64,000 nucleotides of DNA. Origin: a virus. The position numbers were made by a program, and so were the translations under genes. The notes beneath the pieces were generated by a model. It ran no database searches. It had not been told where the DNA came from and saw only the letters and a program-made list of their open reading frames with translations. Positions 16,696-27,800 of this stretch are shown piece by piece. Location of the stretch: positions 12,616-76,615 of the IMG/VR virus record IMGVR_UViG_3300047368_000324. One strand, written 5' to 3'. Each line of letters starts with the position of its first letter. Position 1 is the stretch's first letter.

Positions 16696-18282
16696 CTATA
16701 ACTTTTGATGAATGATGACAGTTTTTGGGTGATTTTCCAGTACAAATTCTAGAGATAGCTCTCGGTCTCTAATTGGAGATATATTAGTAATCAATTTGGA
16801 ATCTATGAGTTTACTGGAACCTTTGTCGTTATAGCAAACTTCAATTCCTGCCATGCTATGAGAAAACAAATGATTCGCCACATCGAAGCTTAAAAATTGT
16901 TGCGCTTTGGATACAATCGAATGCTTCACTAAATTCATAGAACCATTGAGAAGGTACTTTAAGTCGTCTCCCGTGCGATATAAAGCAATGCCATTCAAGT
17001 GTCCCGTCCAGGGCTGTAGAGACGTCTCGCTGCCCTCAAAAAAGCTCTTGTACCTCGATCCTGCAATGATAAAATCGTAAGAATCAATATAATCGATAAA
17101 AGAATCAATCCAATTTTCAATAATATTTCGAGAATCTGTCTCGCACATAAATATGTTTTTATAATATCCATGTTTACCATCTAGTATATCTAGCATAGAG
17201 TCATAGAATAATTTATTAGGTCCAGATGTAAAACCTAGTGCTGGAATATATTTCTTTTCATTGATAAATGTTTGTATTTCTTTAGGATCTGTGATATATA
17301 TGTCTTCTTTCTCACTGATATCCATATTTACAAATTTAATAGAATTTATATTTACATGAGATTCAAAGTTTTGAACCCTTTGTTCTGTTATCTCTTTATT
17401 TGTACATATTATTATATCTATTGAGTGATGAAGTGATGCATTTCCTGCAAAGTATCTACTCATCATCGTATAAAGATGCCCAGATTTAATTTCTCTTTCT
17501 GTTGCGAGGATAAGCATAAGCATTTTATTTGAAAATGTTTTTGTTTTATCGATATATGGCTTGTCCCAAAATTTAAAATCACCTGAATTAACTATATCCA
17601 TAGAGTCTTTGGGATTTATTGTTCTACTCTCTTTAAAAAAGAAACTTTCTGTTTTTGATACGTATGCTTTTTGTGAAAAATTAAAATCTATATCCGAACT
17701 ACTTTCTTTGCACCAATTTATAAATGTTGAGATCTGAGAATATACCGCGGGCTTGCTTAAAGAAACTTCAGGAGATATCAAATCTGAACAATTACTCAAA
17801 AGAGATGGGTTGTTCATTGTATTAGTTAATTTGTGTGCACCGTCCTTAGTTAATATATAGCAAAGCGAATGAGGGTGATAAGTTTTTGATATGTCAATAA
17901 AATCCTGCCCTTCCATTTTTAGTGGGTTTTGCAATAAATTAAACACATCCAAGGCGGAGTTATAGCTCTCCATAATAATAAAAAAATCAAATTGAGATAC
18001 CGCTAAATTATGCCAGCACATAAAATGCGTCAAAAATCTACCATATTCTTGAGGGTACCTTGAGAAGAATAATTGGTCTTCGTGAGTTAGGGGGTTAAGA
18101 GGCAGGTGAAATCTGTCGAGCTCATTGGGTAATGGATTCGTGCATACCTGTTCAAGCAATTCAAACCTAGAAGAAAAATTTTTTTTAAGCAGATTAACCT
18201 TTCTTTTTTGCCTGTAGCCTTCTTCCCTAGATTCAATGTCGCTATGGTTGATATAAATTATTTTAAAATTAGATGTTTGCAT
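16696..18282 (-). CDS. two-domain putative glycosyltransferase (GT25-like N-terminus)
   Basis: IYIN, EYGRFLTH..W and YILTKDGAHKL motifs; C-terminal ETD...HLNGIALY. Confidence 0.5.
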   Translation of the reverse strand: MQTSNFKIIYINHSDIESREEGYRQKRKVNLLKKNFSSRFELLEQVCTNPLPNELDRFHLPLNPLTHEDQLFFSRYPQEYGRFLTHFMCWHNLAVSQFDFFIIMESYNSALDVFNLLQNPLKMEGQDFIDISKTYHPHSLCYILTKDGAHKLTNTMNNPSLLSNCSDLISPEVSLSKPAVYSQISTFINWCKESSSDIDFNFSQKAYVSKTESFFFKESRTINPKDSMDIVNSGDFKFWDKPYIDKTKTFSNKMLMLILATEREIKSGHLYTMMSRYFAGNASLHHSIDIIICTNKEITEQRVQNFESHVNINSIKFVNMDISEKEDIYITDPKEIQTFINEKKYIPALGFTSGPNKLFYDSMLDILDGKHGYYKNIFMCETDSRNIIENWIDSFIDYIDSYDFIIAGSRYKSFFEGSETSLQPWTGHLNGIALYRTGDDLKYLLNGSMNLVKHSIVSKAQQFLSFDVANHLFSHSMAGIEVCYNDKGSSKLIDSKLITNISPIRDRELSLEFVLENHPKTVIIHQKL

Positions 18283-18374
18283 CTCTGTTTCTTACACAGA
18301 TATATTATGTTAAAGTAGTATTTTTACAAACTATAAAATACTATATAAGTGTAATTAGGTAAAAGGTTTAAGGC

Positions 18375-18866
18375 ATGTTTGATATAGAAAATTTAACTAC
18401 AGATAAAAGTCTCGGATATATTAGAGAAATTCATCATACAGATATTAATATTTTGATGTCCGATTTAATTGATGAAGACCGATCGTCTGCTATTGCCAAT
18501 GGATACAGAAATCACCTTGAAATGATTGCTAAAACAGTCATGCATTCTGAGTCTGCTTACAGCATAATTGACCCAGAAGGAAGATTTTGTTCTGCTTTTG
18601 GTTTTATTCCAGTTACCAAAAAAGATAGTGCTTTAGTGTGGTTATTGAGTTGTAATAATTATTTTCTTAATAAAAATAAAATAAATGTATCTAAAAGATT
18701 ATTGGATTTATCTAATAGCGTCCTGGATCAAGTTAATAAGAAATATTCACATATTATATGCAATGTAGAAAAAGGCAATAGCTTTGCCGCAAGAAGAACT
18801 AAATTAATGGGTTTTAAAAAATCTCGGGAACTTAGCCGTGTAGATGAATATATTCGAGAGGCTTAA
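18375..18866 (+). CDS. GNAT-fold protein (T7 gp13/DUF2833-like)
   Basis: AFG...VWLL...NV..GN..A.R..KLMGF pattern. Confidence 0.55.
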   Translation: MFDIENLTTDKSLGYIREIHHTDINILMSDLIDEDRSSAIANGYRNHLEMIAKTVMHSESAYSIIDPEGRFCSAFGFIPVTKKDSALVWLLSCNNYFLNKNKINVSKRLLDLSNSVLDQVNKKYSHIICNVEKGNSFAARRTKLMGFKKSRELSRVDEYIREA

Positions 18867-18868
18867 AA

Positions 18869-21800
18869 ATGGGTTCTAGCGGATATCAGATTAACGAACT
18901 CGAAGGAGGGTATTCTCCAACAATTTCTGAGAAAGGTATTGATATATACGGAGGTCCCAGGGGTTCCTTGGCTGGAACGCTTCCAACATGGATCGCGTGG
19001 TGGGTTGCGAATTACAGATATACTCCTGGACATATCGTATACATGCCTGGCGTTTACAACGCAGATGGCAGCAATGGAACTTACTATGACACCAATGGGA
19101 TGTCCTCAAGGAGGGAAGAGATTGCTTACTCTCAGGACATTCAAGCTGTAAACCTTCAGGAAGGCGGAGACCTTGTTGGTGGAGACATGGGACGCGCCGG
19201 AAGTGAATATTCTACTGGGTCGAATAAAAGGCAATATTTTGAATACGGTGCACATACTTTATGGGTTAAATTATTTGGCGAACCAGATAATAGTTCAACT
19301 AATGATTCTTCGCTGTTAACTGACCAAGACTTTTTTAACGTTACAAAACGAAGACGAAATGGATGGTATTGTTTTTATGAGTTAATGAGTGAAGTTGACC
19401 CTCAGGGCAGTGGCCAGCTTGAAATTGCTTTTCCTCAAGGAAATAGTGTGAACAATAACACTTGGAATAATACAAAAAAAAGATATTCTATCGTTGTTGG
19501 CAATAAAGAGACCTTGAAAGTGGTCTATGGCTCTTGGGGCGAGGATTTATTTAGACAAATTTCATGCGAACCAGGAAGTACAACGGAAATCAAAGTTAAG
19601 CATGACGAGACAGTTTTAAATATGTGCGATAGTTTTATTTTATTCGCCGCTGTAGTTGCTGCGAATACGGGTGGTGATTTAGATTTAATTAATTTTGTCG
19701 TTTGTAAAAGTGTGTTAAGATCTTCTGGCACTATTGAGCAAAATTTAGAAACTTCTCCTGTTGAAGTTGCAATTTTACCTTCTGATAAAGTTTCAATTGG
19801 GGGTAATGTACTCAGAAGTCCTCAAGAGGTTCCGGTTAGAGATATGGTTGACCCCAGTTTTAATGGGAGTTCTGATTTCTTCCAAGACGAAAATGGGCAA
19901 GATGAAACTGCGACAATGGTTTCTGCAGGCTACCCTGGAGTATTAAACCCAGAATCTATTTTTCGTGCAGCGCAAAAATCTAGTGATTTCGATGGTACCA
20001 TAACAAGAATAGCTCAAGGAAACACGGCGGCTAGCGAGGTAATAATGAATGACGCTGACTTAGATGACGACCATTTATATCTAGACAAACTAAAGTTTGG
20101 CAAAGTCCCTGCATATGACCCTAGGTTTGGAGAAGCATCTAGCTCATTAAATAGTTTTATTAGTTCTGTCTATAATTTTTCCCTTCCGATGTCTACTAGC
20201 TCAAGTATTGATTTCTGGCAATCTGGCCAATTTTACAAAGTAGGCAAGGCTGTTAGGTTTTCTCCGAATCAGTCTGAGTATTCAAAATCCGAAGCAAATC
20301 GAACGATTAAAGATGTCATATGGGTAAGTAGAAAAGACCATGCTTCTACATCAAGCAATAAGCCTCCAATGGGGGCGGGGTCAGGTATGCCTTCTGATTT
20401 TGAAAATGAATGCTGGAGATCTTATGGAGTTTTGGCTAATCAACCGAATTCATCATTGTTACAATTGAATGATGTCTACAGGGATTCGGAAGTTTTTGTT
20501 GGAGGTTTAATTATCAATAAGTCTCCAGATGAAATCTTATCAATAAGTGGTGAAATGGTCGACCGCGCTCTACTTGGTTCCGAGCGAAGAATTAGAATGT
20601 CTGAAATGACAGGAGGTTCTAGATTATATGCGAGCTTGACTATATCTCCTGCTAAAAAGTTTAAAGTCAAATATTACAGAAAAAGAAATAGTTGGGGCAG
20701 ACGTTCTAGCGTAACGTTTAGATTTCCGCCCGCAGTAGAAGATGCTGCGGCTGCAGATTTATGGTTATATGCAAATAATTTTAGAAGAGATCACGCGGGT
20801 TCAATAAATTTTGCCGTAACTTTTGTTACGCATACGAGTTTTGTATGGGCTCAAGCGAAGAAACGCAGGAGCTCATTTTTTGGAATCTTATTGGGTGTTG
20901 CATTGGCGGTTGTTGGCATTTTGAATCCAGCGCTGTTTTTGACCGCAGGAATGCAGTGCGCAGCATATGGCTTCGGGGGAGGTTTAGCGCTGGGAGCCTT
21001 AGGTGGAGCTGTTGGGTTGGGCGTGGGCACCGCATTAGGCGCTAGTGCAGAAGCTGTTTATGCCAACTTGGGAAAAGGGGTTGGCCGAAAAAAAGCTTTC
21101 ACAAGAAGTTCTTTCTCTCAAGTTATTAGTAAGATTGCAAATGATGCTCCGTCCGCAAATTATGTATTAGATAGAGGTTCCGCTCCAGAAAATGGCATGG
21201 TTATTGGACGTAATAGCTCAGATGTGTCAAGTATGTATGATACTAATCTAGGAGGTAGTAATGCAAATGTACAATCTGAAAATGATATAATTCGTTTTAA
21301 TTTTGGTAACCTTTATCCATATTTATATGAGAGTAAATATGGTAATACAATTCATGTATCTGGTCAGTATCAATTTTTAATACAAGACTTAAATTCTGCT
21401 AGCGCAATTAAGATTGCTTTTAATTATGAGGAGATAAGTCGTAGAGGTGGTAGGGGCGCCGTTGATAGCTTTGGCAATACATTTTCGGGGTATCCAGCTG
21501 GGACACCCGAAGGTAGTCATGCAGGCGCAAATTCAACGCTATGGAGTCAATATCGAAATGCCGCGAATGAGATTGTAAATGGTAACGCGAGTAGTACTGG
21601 TAATTTAAAATTAATATCTACTAAAAACTATTTTAATTATTTATTAATTGGACCCGAAAACATAAGAGATGATTTGGACCCCTTAAAAGCTTTGGTTATG
21701 TGGTCAATGGATTTGAGTGACGCTCAATTTAGCGCACTAGTCGGCATGATTCAAACAGGCTTTCGAGATTTAACATTTAACTCCAGCGGTTCCTTTTCTG

Positions 21801-24800
21801 ATCAAGATGGGCTTAGTGATTATAAGGAAATTTATACATCTAATCCACCTATAGCTGCTGCAGAAAATGTAGCAGCCACAGGTTACCAACTAGAAATATC
21901 AAACAATACCATAACACACGTTAAGGAGGATAAAACAAACGGTCGGAGGGTAAAAATCCTTAAGAGCGTTGGCGAATCCCAGGGAATGAGCAGAGAAGAT
22001 ATGGAAGTCTTGGCTAAAGGGCTTGCTCCTGGAGAATTTTTGCTTGGAAAAGATTTAGAGAATTCTACGCCACAATATATAAACTTTTTAAAATCTTCAG
22101 CTCTTTCTGGAGCGAAAGAATGGACTTCAATAAATAACGGAGTTAAAATAAATGGCGGAGACGTCATACAAAATGGACAAGATTTTTACTTTGTTAATGC
22201 AACCTTTATCAAGAATAATCAAAACCTATCTGACGTTGCGACTTTAGTTCCAAGATCTTCTTCTCAAATATATACCGCCGATTCATTCTCTCCGAGTTTA
22301 ACACTGGTTAAACAATGGCAAAAAATGCTTGAGTCTCCATATTATACCGAGCAGACAAATGACCGTTCTGCCTCTTATTACCTTGCGGGTAGGAAGTTAG
22401 ACTTTTCTTTCGTTGTAAAAGAAAGTGCAGACCCTTCTTTATTTAATCTATTTTTCTTTGGATTCTCGGATTATATTCCAAATTTTGCCTCAGCAAATAT
22501 GGATACATATGAAATTGATAGCGTTGCCCAGCTACCGATGATTAAAGATTCAAAGGATTTGACTGGAGATTATATTGGTAATGGATCAACTCAATTTGTT
22601 CGTGACGATGCAACTTATACTACTAAACATGTTTTTAGATTAAAAGACAATATTCCTCGAACAGCAGAGCTTCCTGTTGGCGCAATCCCTGGTTTTAAAT
22701 CAGAGCTTTCTTGGGAGTACTTAGGTTCGCCTTCTGATCTTACTCCATCAGTCATATCAGAATGGACGCTACCTGTCTTGAAGGAGACTGTGTCAGAATT
22801 TACTCCTGGGCAGGATGTTATAGCCACTAATAAGTTGCGCCCATTAGGTTTTTGGAAATCAGAGGCGGGCACCAAACTTTCTGGTTCGAGTATTAATGGA
22901 ATAATCGAACAGCAAGAGTTTTCGCTCACGGTCAACTTCCCATGGATTAAAATGACCAGCGCGCCTAGCGATTCGACTGCTCAATATGTTACAACTCAAA
23001 ACAAGGATGGATCTACCGTATATTTACTTTCTCCTTATAGCAAGGTGTCTGGGCAGACTTCTGGAATTAATTTAGCAGCATTTATACCCTCGAATATAAA
23101 TGACACATGGAAGGGGTTAATGAACAATACTATTCTAAGTAGTTCTCAGACCAATTATATACTTGACGCATATCTTACGAATAAACTTGACATATTAAGA
23201 ACTTTTGAAGTTCAAGGTTTTGAGGTTTCTCATATTCAAATTGTTATTTCACCTATTACTGACTTAATCGATAAAATTGAAGTTTGGGATCCTACCGCAA
23301 ATTACTCAGAAGGAGATGTTGTTCTCGTGCATCATACGAATTATAATTACCTTTCAGAAGAAACAGGTAAAATGCAAGCGGCTCAAAGCGAATTTGGGAA
23401 ATTATGGTTATATGCAAGAGCCACGCGAACTATTACAAATGGAGAAAAACCTTTTCATAACGATAATCCAGAGCCTAGTGCTGCTCCAGGCAGCATGGGG
23501 GAATTGGGCGAAGTAATATTACCTGTCGATACAAAATATTGGGAATGCTGTACTGCAAGAGAAGGTTCTACTGTAGACAGTATAACAAGCGGATTGGGCG
23601 CAAAAAAATTAGCAAAATCTTGTTACGGAACCGATTTAGACGTCAAGACCTATACTGTTTCGATGGGAGAAGCGGATACGTTTACGCAGCCAGGCAGAAG
23701 CCAAAAAACTACCGAAATTTACATACCCCAACAAAGAGGAATTTACAATAAAAATGTTTCTATGGATTTTAGTTCCCCTAAAAATTTAATTTTTACAACA
23801 ACAATATCTCCTGAAGCTAAAATTGTTGGACGATTACCTTCAAGCGCCGTGGCGTATACAAATGAAGGAGGAACCTGGCCTGGAACCCTTAACCAGAAAG
23901 ATACGCAATATCTTGAGCCTAGTGATTATGCAAATTTATACGAAGAGAATCCTTTGATTAATTTATTTTTAAGAAGAAGCGTTAATGCTGGGGCAAGATG
24001 GAGTAATTGGATTGATGGAATCATGACGAGCGGGCAGGATGCTGAAATATATAAAAAGATTACATACTCTCAAGGGGATGAATATCAAAAATTTGAGACA
24101 ATGCCTACTGTTGAGCTCGCTGTATCTAAGGATTCTGGAAGTACTTTTGAAGAGTTCGTTGCTAAAAGAGAATTTGACGAAAACTATCCAGTTTTTCATA
24201 AGGGTTTTGATATACCAGTCGGAATTAAGGCAACGATATCAAATGCGCTAGGTATAAATGACAGCCCTTCTAATTCAGTTGGATCAAATTTATATGGCTA
24301 TATAAGCTGTTTATATAACCCAGGAACAGAAGTAGTAGGTGGAGCGTCAGGTTTAATAAATTTTATTGGAGAAGGGACTGGTTCAGAAAACGTTAAGTTA
24401 AAGAATTGGAGTGGGACAGATATAGGAAATTCTACTGCGGCTGATTTTTATGAAACTATCGCCACAGATGATGAAAGTGGGCTTTTGCAATACGGACCCC
24501 AAACTATATCAGACGAACTAACTTTACATTCACTAAATGGAATCAATCGAACGAATTATACACCAGCATTTAAAATATTTCTTCCTGAGACATCAAGTTC
24601 AAGGAATCCTCTTGATCTGTGTGTTCAGAAATGCGTATTAATACTTGGAACAAGAGACTCAAATGACGGCTTGACACACAACCGTACAAAAATTAAAAAC
24701 TTCGTATCTGGAAGTGGTATAGATTTCCATTTTGATAACTGGTTTGCTATCCCCGCTGGACAAAATTCATATGTAGATCAATCCGGTAACACTTGGCCAG

Positions 24801-27800
24801 CCACTGACCAAATTGACAAATTTGGAGAAGAAGACAATGAGTTTATAAAAATAAAATCTAATTTAAACACCCTAACCGAGGCATTGTACGCTTTATCTGA
24901 TGTCGTTGGAGCCTCTACAACCCATAACAATAATTTCATAGATCTAAGTACGACGCAAACCCATTATCACGGTTCGGCAAATCCTTTTACTAATTTTGAT
25001 GAAGTGGGAGTGGGTTACTTGACAAACATATTAAGGGGCGCAGGGGAATTTATTGGCGCAAAAGCCAATGCAAGTTTTAACAATAGCGGAACTTACATCG
25101 GGGGAGTAGGTTTAACTCAAACTACGGTAACTTCTACAGAATTTATGTCAATCTCTCAACCCGCGTTTGAAGATAAGGGTGTGCATGGAAAACCTGAAGG
25201 TTCATATAACATGTATATGTATAATGATTCAAATTATACCTTCCAAATTGATACAGCTATACCCGCTTTATTATATAAGAAATATACTAATATCAATGAC
25301 TCAAATGACGTGGTTAATAAAAACTATTACGATTTACTTCTTGATGATAACTGTCCTGGAGGAGGCGACTCCAAGGCAGATTTTACGGAAGATTACGTTT
25401 TTAACGCCGAAATCAAACTTTTGAAGAATTATTTAATGGTGGGCGAGATATCGCATTATGATTCTAATTTTCAAGAAGCTGATGGATATAAAGGTAGAGT
25501 TTTTCTAACCAGGTCAGAGCTAGGGGATCCTGTTAATAACGATACAGTAACAATTAAAATTGATGATGGAATCAATTGTCCTCATGGAGCTAATTTAAAA
25601 ACATTGAATTTAAGTTATAAGTTAATTGACCCTCCTAACTTGAGTAGTATAGCCAATAATATAAACGGAAAACTATATTATTATGATAATGATACTCATG
25701 TTTATAGCTTTGGCGTAAGTTTTCCTGTTGCAAGTGAATTTGGAGGAAGGCTTGTTATTCAAGATGGTATTGGTCCTGATTTAACTTTTGAATCTCAATC
25801 TGGACCTCCTGCTATAAATTATACTAGACCAGATAGCCAAGCAACCTCAGTCACGTTTACTATCGATGATGGGGTTCCTCACGGGTTTGGCGTTGCGAGA
25901 ACGGGCGCCGCATATCACAATTTAATTTATCCAGGCGGATTTAATCCTGTACAAAGCTTTCCAGTTGTAACAATTGCGGATGTTGCTATCGAAGGATCAC
26001 TTGGTGTTAGCGGAGATGGTTATATTGCCAATAAAGTTGTCGGGGTTTTTCCTGACATGACCATTGTTCAAATAAACAAGCAGTATATTTACAATAATTC
26101 TGATCACGAATACAAAGGCCTTTATATTAGTATGCCCGCGTTTAATATCGCAGACACTACAGATAGAGGCCTCTTTGTTTCAAGGTCTTCAATTTCAAAC
26201 CGAGGAATATCGCGTACGCTTGAGCTCGGGTATCCTGTATTTGGTTTTGGACCAATGCATGCCAAAGCAGTGCTTCATGAAAAAATGTTTCCACCTGATG
26301 ATAGCGGTACCGCAACCCTCTCGATTCAAGATGGAACCCTGTTAGGCTCTACAAAATCAGAAGGAACTTTTGAAATACCATATCAAAGATTAGATAAAGC
26401 TTTTGGAACAATTACGGGAATTAGAACTTCTTCAACATTCAAATTATGGTCCAGCTCTCCATTGATTAACTCTGGAAATATAGATTTAGAAGGGCTCGTA
26501 ACTTGCTGGGAGCATGCAAAGGTTACAATAGAAACTTCAACTAGTGAAGCTATTGAAATTCAAGACGATTTGATTCAAGAATCTGCAGGTTTTACAAATT
26601 TCCGCTGGAACTTCACGGACTACGATTTAAGCCAGAGTATTAATTCTCAAGCTGATCTTATTGATGGTCTTTATGTAACTATTTTAGATAGAAGCCGAGG
26701 CTCTACCGAAGGGGTAGACACCTGGGAAACTTTTAATTATACTGTTGCCGAAGCGATTGATTTGTTTTTTGAGAGTGGAGAGTACCAATATAACTACAAT
26801 ACAGCAAAAAAAGATCTACCAACTGACCCTTTAACGAGAAAGCGTTTTTCCGTACAAATTAAAGCAAAACAAGGTTCACCCGAAAAACTTGTAGTTGATG
26901 ATCAACTTCTAAAAGACGGAGGTTGGACACATAGCGCAAACATATCCCTTGGTTCTATTGGCGACTCTGCCGAGGCTCCAATTTATACAAACCTCACTCA
27001 GTCTTTTAAATACCCTGAGGAGTCTAATAACGTCGTAGTCAATAGAATGGGCGGACAATTTAACATTGCTGACGGAGACAGAAGGTACACTTCAGTAAAC
27101 TCAGCATTAATGTATTCTAGCTATGCAACCCTAAGGTCTATGATTATTAATTATAATCCTGATTCTACTGGCAAAATATATTATACAAAATTTATAAATG
27201 ATAGCCCGAATAGAGTTCCTTATTCTGGTTTTAGGTCAAAAATAAAATATGATCCGTCTAGACCAGGAATGAACGAGCCTAATATTTGGATGGATCGCTC
27301 AAGCTTTGTCAAAAGCGGCATCGATGTAGACGAATACACAACATCCGCTTCTAGTAATGGGGCGATTGATCTATGCCCAAATTCAATAACAACATTTATA
27401 TGGGGCAGTAAGGCAAAATGGCTAACTCATGAGGATGAAAACCCTGAGACGGATTCCTCTCCAAGCGAATTTGATGGAGATAATTTTGTGGTTTGGAATT
27501 CCGAATCATATTACGGCTCGCAAGATTGGGAGGTTATTGGCCGAAGTAATAAAGGAGGAAGCGATAAGAGTTACTTTCACCTTCCTAGTTGGATTCCTAC
27601 ATTTACAGCTAATCAAGACTGGTTTCAAACAAACAGAATTCCTGGTTGGAGCTTAACAACCCCCCATTTGTCTTTTATAAATAATTATGAAAATTTTCAA
27701 AGTTACGGAGCAAGTGGTGCGACTAATTTTTGTAATATAATAAAAAATGGAACTGCTGTCTGGGGAGGATTAAGTCTATCTGACGCTTGGATTAAGAGAG

